Notes: generated by a model from the sequence alone, not told the origin. A stretch of DNA of 56,939 nucleotides from Alphaproteobacteria bacterium (GCA_017457005.1 JAFTII010000006.1:1-56939), one strand, 5' to 3'. Shown: positions 39,997-49,563, numbered from the stretch's first letter. Made by a program: numbers and translations.

Positions 39997-41019
39997 ATGT
40001 TTAAGCTATTTTATACTCTTATTCTAAGTATGTTTTTTGTGTGTCCCGCAAATGCAAATAATGGGGATTCGCAAAGCAATACTTTCGGCATGAAAAGCAT
40101 TTTTTCTTTTTTGAACTTTTCGCCTAATCAACAAGAAAGTAAAGAGAAAAAAGAACAAGCATTGAAAACCACACAAGAGTTGGCAGATTCCGGAGATGTA
40201 AATGCTCAACTTTTCATTGCCTATTCATACTTATATGGACAAAATGATTTTGCGGTAGATTATCAAAAAGCTTTTGATTATTACAGTTTGGCCGCAGCTC
40301 AGGATAGCCCGATAGCTTTAAATAATTTGGGTAGTCTTTATTATAGTGGAATTGGGGTAGAACGAAATTCAGCAAAAGCCGCTGCATTATTTGCACGAGC
40401 AGCTACTCTTGGAAATACTGAAGCTGCAGTTAATTTGGGTTTTATCCTGATTAGTGGTAATGGTGCCGAAAAAAACAGCGAAAAAGCAATGATGTATTTT
40501 GAGCAGGCTGCAAACAATAATAATCCTACTGCTCAGTTTATGTTGGGATACGCATATTATACCGGAAAATTACGTCCGCAAAATTATACGTTGGCAGCTG
40601 AGCTGATAAAAAAAGCTGCTGATGCCGGATTTGATGAAGCGCAATATGTTATGGCTATGATGTATATAAAAGGAGAGGGGTATCCGCAAAATTATGGTTT
40701 CGCCATAAACAATCTTGAAAAATCGGTAGAGCAAGGGCGAGTTGAAGCCATGATGACTTTAGCAGACATCTTGGCAAAAGGGAGTAAATATAAGAAAGAT
40801 AACTATCGGGCTCATGTCTTATTTAATTTGTCAGCGGTTAAAAATGTTGCAGGAGCTGCACAGCGCCGAGTTGCTGTTGAAAGACAAATGAAATTGGAAG
40901 AGGTTTTACAAGCACAAACCGAAGCTAATAATTATCAGCCCCAATTAACCGAGTTAAGTACTTATATTCGTAATACTTTTGGTGCTAATTTGCGCTCATA
41001 TATAGACGATGCAATTTAA
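39997..41019 (+). CDS. Secreted Sel1-like repeat (SLR/TPR) protein
   Basis: A signal peptide is followed by about 6 repeats of the pattern A...LG..Y..G.GV......A...F..AA..G. Confidence 0.85.
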   Translation: MFKLFYTLILSMFFVCPANANNGDSQSNTFGMKSIFSFLNFSPNQQESKEKKEQALKTTQELADSGDVNAQLFIAYSYLYGQNDFAVDYQKAFDYYSLAAAQDSPIALNNLGSLYYSGIGVERNSAKAAALFARAATLGNTEAAVNLGFILISGNGAEKNSEKAMMYFEQAANNNNPTAQFMLGYAYYTGKLRPQNYTLAAELIKKAADAGFDEAQYVMAMMYIKGEGYPQNYGFAINNLEKSVEQGRVEAMMTLADILAKGSKYKKDNYRAHVLFNLSAVKNVAGAAQRRVAVERQMKLEEVLQAQTEANNYQPQLTELSTYIRNTFGANLRSYIDDAI

Positions 41020-41020
41020 A

Positions 41021-41049
41021 AAAGGAAAGATAAAATCTTTCCTTTTTTA
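41021..41049. terminator. Bidirectional terminator between convergent genes
   Basis: Stem aaaggaaagat / atctttccttt with loop aaa, flanked by A- and T-runs. Confidence 0.75.
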
Positions 41050-41835
41050 TTAGTTTTCGTTGTTATCTTCTGCCAAAATTCCTTTTATTAATATAAATTC
41101 CGGAACTTTTCCAGCAAAAGCATTATTCTTTTTAGCTATTTTTACTGCCTCATCATCTATAACAGCATAAAATTGACGATGAGGTTTGTTTTTACAGCTG
41201 GATTGCGGTTTGCCGACAGAAGTTTTTTGTGCCTCTTGTTCTTTATTCTTATCAACTTTTATTTCCTCAGGCGTCTTTAATATCTTTTCAAGAATACTCT
41301 GAGTCTCTTTAGAGCGTCTGTTTGTATATACAATATTTTGTTTTTCAGCCGGTAGCATAGATAAAATTTTCTCTAAATTATCCAGTTGCTTATTTTTTTT
41401 GATAAGGTTTATATCGTCAACAACCAAGATATTAGTGGTTGCAATATCTGCCTTACCGCAGTTAACAACGTCTAACAACAAATCCGGAGAACCGATAATG
41501 ACGTTTGCTTCATTATTGATATCTTCTTCTGAAGAAGTTTCTTCATCAGAGTGATACTTGTTAAACACTGCCAACTGATCTGAAACCATAACAGAGCTGT
41601 TTGAGTTTGGCGTTATTATTAATATTGTTTGTGCCTTTTTATTGCTGATAATATCTAATATAGGCAATACATAAGACATTGTTTTTCCGCATCCTTGCGG
41701 AGCTATGGTAAAAACATCCTTACCTTCCAGAATAGAAGGAATAACGTCTGCTTGAACTGTTGTCGGTTCTACAATACCGAATTCATCAATAGCTTTAACT
41801 GTTTTTTCGCTTAATCCTAAATCTGCAAAATTCAT
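41050..41835 (-). CDS. DEAD-box helicase domain-1-only protein with degenerate motifs
   Basis: The Q-motif region is F..LGL......A......PT.VQ. Motif I is APQGCGKT and motif II is VVDD instead of DEAD. No helicase C-terminal domain is present. 261 aa. Confidence 0.65.
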   Translation of the reverse strand: MNFADLGLSEKTVKAIDEFGIVEPTTVQADVIPSILEGKDVFTIAPQGCGKTMSYVLPILDIISNKKAQTILIITPNSNSSVMVSDQLAVFNKYHSDEETSSEEDINNEANVIIGSPDLLLDVVNCGKADIATTNILVVDDINLIKKNKQLDNLEKILSMLPAEKQNIVYTNRRSKETQSILEKILKTPEEIKVDKNKEQEAQKTSVGKPQSSCKNKPHRQFYAVIDDEAVKIAKKNNAFAGKVPEFILIKGILAEDNNEN

Positions 41836-41916
41836 ATATCTAACTTCTCACAAAAATTAATAATGGCTAAATACTAAGTATATTAGCTGGTTAAGTCAAT
41901 ATAAAATTAAATTCTC

Positions 41917-42279
41917 TTATTTTCTGCCGTATATATCTTCTAATCTGACAATATCATTTTCATCTAAATTATCTCCGATTTGAACTTCAATAAATTCAAC
42001 ATCAGAATTAGTATCATTTTGGATACGGTGTTTGGTTTCTTCAGGGATAAATATATTTTCTCCGGCTTTTTTGGATATCATTTCATCTCCTAAGGTAATT
42101 AGAGCGCGACCTTTTACAATAATCCAATGTTCACTTCTGAAATGGTGCAACTGTAAAGAAAGCTTGCCGCCGGGGTTAACTTTAATTTTTTTTACGCAAA
42201 AATTAGTTCCGGTGTCTAATACCTCCCAAGTACCCCAAGGGCGAACATCGCTATCTCCGCGTTTGTATTCATTTGCCAT
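41917..42279 (-). CDS. Cupin-domain protein (type II phosphomannose-isomerase C-terminal-domain-like)
   Basis: A 120-aa protein with RPWG.WE......F.VK.I.V.PG..LSLQ.H..R.EHW..V.G. Confidence 0.75.
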   Translation of the reverse strand: MANEYKRGDSDVRPWGTWEVLDTGTNFCVKKIKVNPGGKLSLQLHHFRSEHWIIVKGRALITLGDEMISKKAGENIFIPEETKHRIQNDTNSDVEFIEVQIGDNLDENDIVRLEDIYGRK

Positions 42280-42358
42280 TTTTTATTCCTTTTTAATTAA
42301 GTTTTTACCTATGTAATTCATATTAGAATATAAAGTGAAAATCTCAAGGTAAAATATC

Positions 42359-44179
42359 ATGAATGGTGGAAAATTTAATAATTCTGATACAGATAAAATC
42401 ATGCACGATTTAGATAATGCTAAGCCTGATAATGTGTTATCAGAACGCAGTGATAAAGATAAATTTAAGGGGATTTCTTTAAGTAAGGGAATAGGAATTG
42501 GGATCGCCGTAATTCATCGTCGCCATCATAATATTGTTAAAATTATTGCAGAAGATAAAGAAGCAGAACTGCATAAACTGGAAGTTGCCCATACGGAAAT
42601 GAATCAAGACTTGGATAAAAAGTTTGACAGTGCCAAATTAGGAATGGGCGAGCATGTTGATATTTTAGAAGCATATCGTATGTTGGCTAAAGATAAAGGC
42701 TGGTATAAAAAAATATCAGATCATATTAATGGAGGGCTAACGGCGGAAGCAGCGGTTGAACGGGCTTATGAAGATATGTGGAAACGTCTTTCCGGTACCA
42801 GCGATAATTATATGCGAGAACGTCTTCATGACTTAAGAGATATTACAGATCGTTTGTTAGGATACCTATATGGCGATAAAGGCGATGATAACCGTATTAA
42901 AGAAGCAGACAATATAATTGTTGTTGCTCAAACCATGGGACCTGCAGATTTGATGGACTATGATTATAGCAAAATTAAAGGTCTTATAATAGAAGACGGA
43001 ACTCCGACAATGCATGTTGCTATTGTTGCAAAAGCACTGGGAATTCCTGTTATATCCAAAATTAAAGGTATCTTTCAAGAGATAAAAAATGGAGAACTTC
43101 TGGGAATAGACGGAGATAACGGCTATGTCTTTATCCGTCCCAGTGATTCAATACGCCAAAAATTCAATAAACAGTTGGCTGAACGCGAACAGTTACAAAA
43201 AAGACTATCAACTTTACGTCGCTTACCGCCCAAGACAAAAGATGATTTTCGGATAAATCTCTATTTGAATGTAGGGTTGAATTTTGATTTGGATTATATC
43301 AAAACCACGAATTGTGACGGTGTTGGCCTATATCGTACCGAGATTCCGTTTATGTCTTCAGATACAATGCCTGACGTGGAACAACAAACTCAATATTATC
43401 AGAATTTATTAGATAAAGCCGGAAGAAAAAAAGTTATTTTCCGTAGTTTAGACGTTGGTTCCGACAAATTATTACCGTATTGGGGATATGGTGGAGAAGA
43501 AAATCCGGCTATCGGTTGGCGTTCAATACGCATTACTTTGGATCGTCGTGCAATATTACGTCAGCAAATGCGTGCGTTTATCAGATCAGCTGCCGGAAAA
43601 GAATTGAACGTAATGTTTCCGATGATATCTAATTTATCTGAATTTCAAGAAGCAAAAGAAACATTAATGCTGGAATTTGAAAAAGAAAAAAAACGTACCG
43701 GTAAAATTCCCAAAAAAATTAATGCCGGTTTGATGGTAGAAGTACCATCTGTGGTATTCCAGTTGGAAGAAATATTGAAAGAGGCTGATTTTGTATCTGT
43801 AGGAACCAATGATTTAGCTCAGTTCGTATTTGCTTGTGATAGAGGAAACCCCCGTCTTATTGAGCGATATGATGTTCTATCAGCACCGTTTTTGCGTATT
43901 TTACAAGCTATTACGGTTTTATCCGATATGGCAGGAGTTCCTTGTTCCGTATGCGGAGAAATGGCGTCTAATCCTATAGAGGCTTTAGCTCTGTTGGGTT
44001 TAGGATTTCGTAATTTATCAATGTCGGGTTCTGCCTTTGGCAAAATAAAAAGCATGGTTCGTTCTACCCGAATAGAAGATATTTCCGATTATATGAATAT
44101 CCTGCTTAAATCCGGTCGCAGAACTGTCCGTCCGCAATTAATATCCTATGCCAATGACCACGGTATTGAAATTTACTAA
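42359..44179 (+). CDS. ptsP: Phosphoenolpyruvate--protein phosphotransferase (PTS enzyme I) without an N-terminal GAF domain
   Basis: The phosphohistidine region is GTPTMHVAIVAKALGIPV. The PEP-utilising TIM barrel carries GLYRTE.. and SVGTNDL.Q. 606 aa. Confidence 0.9.
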   Translation: MNGGKFNNSDTDKIMHDLDNAKPDNVLSERSDKDKFKGISLSKGIGIGIAVIHRRHHNIVKIIAEDKEAELHKLEVAHTEMNQDLDKKFDSAKLGMGEHVDILEAYRMLAKDKGWYKKISDHINGGLTAEAAVERAYEDMWKRLSGTSDNYMRERLHDLRDITDRLLGYLYGDKGDDNRIKEADNIIVVAQTMGPADLMDYDYSKIKGLIIEDGTPTMHVAIVAKALGIPVISKIKGIFQEIKNGELLGIDGDNGYVFIRPSDSIRQKFNKQLAEREQLQKRLSTLRRLPPKTKDDFRINLYLNVGLNFDLDYIKTTNCDGVGLYRTEIPFMSSDTMPDVEQQTQYYQNLLDKAGRKKVIFRSLDVGSDKLLPYWGYGGEENPAIGWRSIRITLDRRAILRQQMRAFIRSAAGKELNVMFPMISNLSEFQEAKETLMLEFEKEKKRTGKIPKKINAGLMVEVPSVVFQLEEILKEADFVSVGTNDLAQFVFACDRGNPRLIERYDVLSAPFLRILQAITVLSDMAGVPCSVCGEMASNPIEALALLGLGFRNLSMSGSAFGKIKSMVRSTRIEDISDYMNILLKSGRRTVRPQLISYANDHGIEIY

Positions 44180-44235
44180 AAAATATGTAACAATCATTTC
44201 AAATTCCGATTCTTAATAAAATAGAGGATTAAAAC

Positions 44236-45162
44236 GTGAAAAAAACTAAAGAAACAGAAGTACCGGTTGCAGAAAACGATTCGCCGGAAAATAAAGACCA
44301 AGCAACGTCTAAAAAGGCCGTAAATAAAGTTGGCAGCCTTCTTAAAGAAATGCGTTTGCAAAAAGGTTTGCGGATTCCTGATGTGTCTAAAAAACTTTGC
44401 ATTCGCAAAATATATTTAGAGGCAATTGAAGATAGTAATTATGAAGAAATCCCTCCTCTTCCGTATGGCATAGGGTTTATACGCTCTTATGCCGAATATT
44501 TAGGACTTAACAGCAGTAATATTGTTGAGTTGTACAAAGAAGAAACAAATACCAAATCAGATAACGGTATGTATGTTTTGGAAGCACAGGACGAAGCAAC
44601 CCTTCCCGGCCGTAAATACTTACTTATCAGTTTGCTGGCAGTTGTAGCTATTTATGCCGGTTGGCACTTCTATAATCGTAATTTATCAGAAGAAACTTTA
44701 TCTGAAACAGTAGCTCAAGTTGAGGAAACCGGTTCTGATGTTGATATGCAGAAAGAGCCGTTAATTGTAGAAGACTATACGGTTACCTCTGAAAACACGG
44801 AAGTCCAAACTTCTGCTACTGACGAGGTTGTTGCCGGTAATTCACAAGTAGTAATAACCGAAGAATCTTTTGAAGAAACCTCTGAATCTAAAGAAATATC
44901 TGATCCGCAACAAGAAGGAGTTGTTATAAAGGTAAAAGAAGAAACTTGGGTTGAAGTAAAAGATAAAAATAAACTGTATTTAAGTAAGGTATTGCCTGCC
45001 GGAACGGAATATATCATTCCTGAGGGAGGAAAGGGCATGGTACTGTCTGTCGGAAAAGTAAGCGGAGCGGAAGTGTATATTAATGGCAAACTGACATCCG
45101 TTGCACGCCCTAACAAAAAAACAAATATTGCTCTTGATCCGTTTTTAATCCAAGCTCATTAG
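44236..45162 (+). CDS. rodZ: RodZ-like protein (XRE-type HTH, TM helix, DUF4115-like C-terminus)
   Basis: The N-terminal HTH is VGSLLKEMRLQKGL...VSKKLCIRKIYLEAIE. A single TM helix is followed by a C-terminal beta domain (W.EV.D......).  GTG start 7 nt after AGAGGA. Confidence 0.7.
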   Translation: MKKTKETEVPVAENDSPENKDQATSKKAVNKVGSLLKEMRLQKGLRIPDVSKKLCIRKIYLEAIEDSNYEEIPPLPYGIGFIRSYAEYLGLNSSNIVELYKEETNTKSDNGMYVLEAQDEATLPGRKYLLISLLAVVAIYAGWHFYNRNLSEETLSETVAQVEETGSDVDMQKEPLIVEDYTVTSENTEVQTSATDEVVAGNSQVVITEESFEETSESKEISDPQQEGVVIKVKEETWVEVKDKNKLYLSKVLPAGTEYIIPEGGKGMVLSVGKVSGAEVYINGKLTSVARPNKKTNIALDPFLIQAH

Positions 45163-45179
45163 CATAAAACTTTTAATTT

Positions 45180-45223
45180 GAGAAAATGGCCCGGTTTAAG
45201 ATCGTGGCTGTTTTCTCTTTTTT
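45180..45223 (+). terminator. Terminator after the rodZ-like gene
   Basis: 12-bp stem gagaaaatggcc / ggctgttttctc (two G-U pairs) followed by tttttt. Confidence 0.6.
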
Positions 45224-45251
45224 ATAAGTTATAAATTTAGAGGAAAAACAA

Positions 45252-46325
45252 ATGAATTTTACAGAAAAATTAGCCAATGTAGTTAATCGTCATAGTGAGC
45301 TGGAAAGTCTTATTTCTGAGCCGGGTCTAAGCTCTGAAGAGCTTATTAAAATGAATAAAGAACTAGCCAATTTAACACCGGTAGTGGATGCAATAAAAGT
45401 ATATACCAAAGCTCAAAAAGATATGGAAGATGCTAAATCTATGTTTGAAGACACATCTTTAGATAAAGAAATGAGAGACTTAGCAGAGATTGAATATTTT
45501 GAACTCAAAGAAAAACTCCCTTCTTTAGAGAAAGAAGTTAAAATATTACTTTTACCGAAAGATGCCGAAGATGAAAAAAATGCTATTTTAGAAGTTCGTG
45601 CCGGTACCGGAGGCGATGAAGCTGCGTTGTTTGCCGGCGTACTTTTTGAGATGTATCAACGCTACTCTGCTTTACAAGGTTGGAAGTTTGAAATTATGGA
45701 CGCCAGTGAGAATGAAATCGGCGGCTATAAAGAAGCAACTGCATCAATCAGTGGCAAAGATGTTTTTTCAAAACTTAAGTTTGAATCAGGTGCGCACCGC
45801 GTTCAGAGAGTCCCTGTAACGGAATCTCAGGGACGTGTTCATACTTCGGCAGCTACGGTAGCAGTTTTGCCGGAGGTTGAGGAAGTTGATATTTATATTA
45901 ACCCTGCTGATATAAAAATGGAAGCTTATCGTTCATCCGGAGCCGGTGGCCAAAAGGTAAATAAGACCAGCTCCGCAGTCAGACTTACGCACATACCGAC
46001 CGGAATTGTTGTGGAATCACAAGAAGAGCGTTCTCAATTTAAAAATCGGGATAATGCTATGCGCAAATTGCGTGCTCGTTTATATAATGCTCAAAAAGAA
46101 GCTGCCGATGCCGCATATTCTGAAAAAAGAAAACTACAAGTAGGTAGTGGCGATAGATCAGAACGGATTCGTACTTATAACTATCCGCAAGGACGCGTTA
46201 CCGATCACCGTATTAATCTTACGTTATACAAGTTAGATGAGGTTGTCAGCGGTGATTGTTTGGGCGAAATAATAGATGCTCTTGTAACTGAGGATCAAGC
46301 ACAAAAACTTGCCGAATTGGATTAG
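45252..46325 (+). CDS. prfA: Peptide chain release factor 1
   Basis: The GGQ motif ([11 protein letters not shown]), the RF1-type PVT tripeptide (RVPVTES) and a length of 357 aa all fit. Confidence 0.95.
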   Translation: MNFTEKLANVVNRHSELESLISEPGLSSEELIKMNKELANLTPVVDAIKVYTKAQKDMEDAKSMFEDTSLDKEMRDLAEIEYFELKEKLPSLEKEVKILLLPKDAEDEKNAILEVRAGTGGDEAALFAGVLFEMYQRYSALQGWKFEIMDASENEIGGYKEATASISGKDVFSKLKFESGAHRVQRVPVTESQGRVHTSAATVAVLPEVEEVDIYINPADIKMEAYRSSGAGGQKVNKTSSAVRLTHIPTGIVVESQEERSQFKNRDNAMRKLRARLYNAQKEAADAAYSEKRKLQVGSGDRSERIRTYNYPQGRVTDHRINLTLYKLDEVVSGDCLGEIIDALVTEDQAQKLAELD

Positions 46326-46417
46326 TATATATACATACCTTAAAAGATTCTTTTTAGTGGAAATTTTATATAAAAATGATTATACTATATCAGTAATCCA
46401 CTAAGGAGGATATTCCC

Positions 46418-46591
46418 ATGGAGTACATATATAAAACTATAGAAAGTGTTAAACTTTGTCCAATACGGTTTGAATCTGTAACCAAAAATACAGAAAGCCA
46501 TATTTGGAAAAATATGATAAAAATTGAGCAGCTCAAGAAAGAAAAGCTCCGTAAAAAAGATGAGTTGCTGCGAAGAACCCTGCAAGCATAA
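46418..46591 (+). CDS. Unannotated small protein (57 aa), unknown function
   Basis: A strong AAGGAGG sits 8 nt upstream of the ATG. The ORF MEYIYKTIESVKLCPIRF...IKIEQLKKEKLRKKDELLRRTLQA ends 16 nt before a strong terminator. It falls below the length cut-off of the ORF track. Confidence 0.5.
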   Translation: MEYIYKTIESVKLCPIRFESVTKNTESHIWKNMIKIEQLKKEKLRKKDELLRRTLQA

Positions 46592-46606
46592 TCTATCTCT
46601 CCTAAC

Positions 46607-46647
46607 GGCAACCCCATTTATCTTAAATGGGGTTGTCTTATTTTTTT
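46607..46647 (+). terminator. Rho-independent terminator after the small ORF
   Basis: 12-14-bp stem (gg)caaccccattta / taaatggggttg(tc) with loop tct, followed by ttattttttt. The T-run overlaps the stop codon of the convergent gene. Confidence 0.8.
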
Positions 46648-47855
46648 AGAGATGAATTTTGGCTTAACAATCTTTGAATAAGACGTCCCTGATATAAATT
46701 AATACCGATGGAATTACCGATTTCAACCGCTTTAGGATCATCTATTCTGCATAAAATTATTTTTGCTCGTTCAGATTTATTTTCATAATCCGTAAAATGC
46801 TTATCTTCATGAATGATGTCTGCAAATGAGGGGTGCCAAATAATTTTCATTAAATCGCAATTCAAGTTTGATTTATTTATATAATTTAATTTATCAACGG
46901 TAATTCCGTCTATACATACTTTATATCCTCTTGCTTGCGCAAATGTTTTAGCAAGTTGATAAGCTTTGATATCGCTGAAAATATCCATCAGTTGTAGCTC
47001 TAAAACAACGCTTGATCGCATTGAAGCATTTATATTATCATCAAAATACATGAAATCATCGGAGAGAATTGTTGAAACATTTATGTTAATGCTGAAGTTA
47101 CCTAGCAAAGATCCATCATCATGACGGCTAACAGTTTGCAACACTCTTCTGTCCAGCGTTTCGCTCAATGCCCAAAACAGCCAAGGATTAGAAGTTAAGT
47201 CAACATCAGGCAACAGCATTTCACGCAAATCCGGAATAGAAACATATACTTCATCATATACTCGTTGCGGAACGGATTTTCCGATAATTGCGCAAACGGC
47301 TTGACGGCGTATAAAACTGGAAAAGTCCGCTACCGATAATATTTTTTGAACCTTTGCCAGCATTTCCGGACTCAGTTCTTTTTTTAGGTGTCTTTTGTAG
47401 ATGGCGTTATGAGCTTGTTCACGTTGTTCGGAGGTGTTAGCTGAAGATGTTTTATTTGCAATAACGGGAATTGAAACGGCTTTTTTGAAGTCTTCGGTTT
47501 GTGATAATAAATCGTAGAATTGAGCAATCCCGGTCTTTTGCATATCAGTATCATTTTGTAATGAAAATTTTAATTTTACCAAACATGATAAAATTTCATC
47601 TTTATGGATTGTATTAAAAACAATTACGGCATTATCATTATTAAGATAAAATACCTTTGAATTGTCACCCAAAGGCGCGAAAGCATCGGCAACAATTTGT
47701 TGTAATACGCTGTTAAGTGGTTGATTTTGCAGTTTATACAGTCGCAATAAAAGAGCTGAATACGGAGCTTTACTCTTTGTAATTTGATTAATATAATCAA
47801 AGAGCAATTTACTTTTACGATTTTCGTTATGTTCAATAAAAGGATTATCAGTCAT
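46638..47855 (-). CDS. Degenerate GGDEF-like / EAL-like two-domain protein, paralogue B
   Basis: The EAL-fold landmarks kept are N in ININVS, E in LELQ, one D in IDGIT, K in MKI and QG at the C-terminus. The EAL, second D and EGVE positions are substituted. NNDNA occupies the GGDEF position. Confidence 0.6.
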   Translation of the reverse strand: MTDNPFIEHNENRKSKLLFDYINQITKSKAPYSALLLRLYKLQNQPLNSVLQQIVADAFAPLGDNSKVFYLNNDNAVIVFNTIHKDEILSCLVKLKFSLQNDTDMQKTGIAQFYDLLSQTEDFKKAVSIPVIANKTSSANTSEQREQAHNAIYKRHLKKELSPEMLAKVQKILSVADFSSFIRRQAVCAIIGKSVPQRVYDEVYVSIPDLREMLLPDVDLTSNPWLFWALSETLDRRVLQTVSRHDDGSLLGNFSININVSTILSDDFMYFDDNINASMRSSVVLELQLMDIFSDIKAYQLAKTFAQARGYKVCIDGITVDKLNYINKSNLNCDLMKIIWHPSFADIIHEDKHFTDYENKSERAKIILCRIDDPKAVEIGNSIGINLYQGRLIQRLLSQNSSLKK

Positions 47856-49132
47856 TAATTTCCCAGTAACTTCTCCAAAATATCCTTATGCTTGCATTCA
47901 TTTCTGTATTCTCCTGCAATCAGGCGTTTTCTCTTTAGACAATCTGTTGCATTGCATTCATTACTGCTAGGGCAAAGTTTTCTTATTGTTGCAATTTCTA
48001 AGGCATCAATATACGGACCTTGAAAATTTCTGATTCCGTACTTTATTCCCCAACGTATTGCCTGAGCATCTTTACATTTTGCTAAGATTAAGTTATCTGC
48101 TCCAAATTTTGCAACAAAATCACTAAAATTCTTATCATCAAAATCAAATTCCATCATCGGATCCCAAAATATTTTTATCATATCAGGAGACAGATTGAGA
48201 ATATTCAACATGTGCAACATCTGCGGTGTCATTCCATCTATTAGGATTATATGACCGTCTTGTTGCAGTTCTTTTTTCGCTTCAAAATAAAGGTTAATAT
48301 TATTAAAAACATCAACCATCTGAACTTCTATGATTAATTTCTGTTTTGGTTTTAAGAAATTATTTTTAAGATTTTTAAATTCTTCAGAAAAGATGGAGGA
48401 TAAATTAAGGTTCAACCCTATTATATCAGGAAAGGTTTTAATGGAAGACAACATAAAAGATAAGATGGTTTTTTTATCTAAAGCTTGTGTAAGATACAAA
48501 AAAAGCCATTTATTTGCTGTCAAATCAATAGTTTTGTCATATTTGGAACTTAAATCTTTCACCGCAACAAAAAATTCTTGAAACAGTAGTTTAAATTTAT
48601 CAACCCCGTCTAATTTGATTATGCTTTGATGTTTTATGATTTCTGCAACATTTATGTTATCCAAATGTTCTATAACACTATCTATTTGCGCAGCATTTAT
48701 CGGGAATTTTGATGGCAAAGAACTATTGTTACCCCACACGGCCAAATCTTCAATTTTTTGTTTAAAAACATCAAATTCATCCGGAAAATCGTAAGTCTTT
48801 ATAAGCTGTTTTTCATCATGAGCCATCAATAAAGGATCTTCAATCAATCCTATTTTTAGTTTGTTAAAAGAATTATCAATGACTTGTTGAGAAATGTTTT
48901 TTCCTAAAATAACAAAGTCATTGTTACTTAGTATATATAATCTTCCTTCCGCCGATGCAGAAATATCATCAAAAAGCTTTGCTAAAATCTTAACAAAAGC
49001 TGGATGTCTTTTTTGCGGTTTAAGCTTTGATACCTCAATGTACAATGCTGTATAAGCGGATTTGTTTCGTTCAATCCGTTCTAATAAATCCAATAAATTC
49101 TTTTCTGTAGCCATGTTATCCGGCAAAGTCAT
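47855..49132 (-). CDS. Degenerate GGDEF-like / EAL-like two-domain protein, paralogue A, with a Cys-rich C-terminal tail
   Basis: It has the same substitution pattern as paralogue B (LNLNLS, IEVQMVD, IDGMT, IKIFW, FQG), with SNNDF at the GGDEF position. The tail is CX5CX4CX14C. The stop overlaps the start of B (TAATG). Confidence 0.6.
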   Translation of the reverse strand: MTLPDNMATEKNLLDLLERIERNKSAYTALYIEVSKLKPQKRHPAFVKILAKLFDDISASAEGRLYILSNNDFVILGKNISQQVIDNSFNKLKIGLIEDPLLMAHDEKQLIKTYDFPDEFDVFKQKIEDLAVWGNNSSLPSKFPINAAQIDSVIEHLDNINVAEIIKHQSIIKLDGVDKFKLLFQEFFVAVKDLSSKYDKTIDLTANKWLFLYLTQALDKKTILSFMLSSIKTFPDIIGLNLNLSSIFSEEFKNLKNNFLKPKQKLIIEVQMVDVFNNINLYFEAKKELQQDGHIILIDGMTPQMLHMLNILNLSPDMIKIFWDPMMEFDFDDKNFSDFVAKFGADNLILAKCKDAQAIRWGIKYGIRNFQGPYIDALEIATIRKLCPSSNECNATDCLKRKRLIAGEYRNECKHKDILEKLLGN

Positions 49133-49253
49133 AAAAGTGTTCCATAATTGAATATTGCATTTGCTATCATAAACTCAGTTTAATTTTATAGCAAGAAAAT
49201 ATACTGTGTTTTCCTCGCCAAAATAGTATATGCGATAACATTTAATATTTATC

Positions 49254-49282
49254 TTGACAAATTTCATTAAAAAGGATATCAA
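49254..49282 (+). promoter_or_regulatory. Sigma70-type promoter for rplJL
   Basis: TTGACA, a 17-nt spacer, then TATCAA. Confidence 0.55.
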
Positions 49283-49289
49283 ACGACTC

Positions 49290-49563
49290 AACGAGCGGAA
49301 TATTATCCGTTCAACCTGTCCAAGACTGCAGGTGGTCGTATGAGAAATGAGGGCTTTTGCCTGATAATATCAGCCATCTTAAATATCCTGCATAGACGGA
49401 GTAAGTGAGATTTTTTAAATCAATTTTTTCTCCTGGGCAGAATTAGGTCCCGTCAAGGGTTGTTTGGGAGAAGATAAACTTTCTTCCCTATCTCAAGTCT
49501 TGGCGGATTTGTTAAGAAAAGCATATCCCGAATTTTGGTGTATGCAAAAAATGGAGACAACAA
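49290..49563 (+). promoter_or_regulatory. Structured 5' leader of rplJ (candidate L10/L12 autoregulatory leader)
   Basis: An untranslated leader of about 270 nt shows long-range complementarity: ccaagact (49320-49327) pairs with agtcttgg (49496-49503), and gcagg (49328-49332) pairs with cctgc (49387-49391). Local hairpins are also present. Confidence 0.5.

Noticed and set aside
46385-46617. Two overlapping minus-strand ORFs (66 and 75 aa) between prfA and the degenerate EAL genes.
   Set aside because: They have no ribosome-binding site and hydrophobic, low-complexity translations. They lie antisense to a plus-strand 57-aa ORF that has a perfect AAGGAGG and a terminator.
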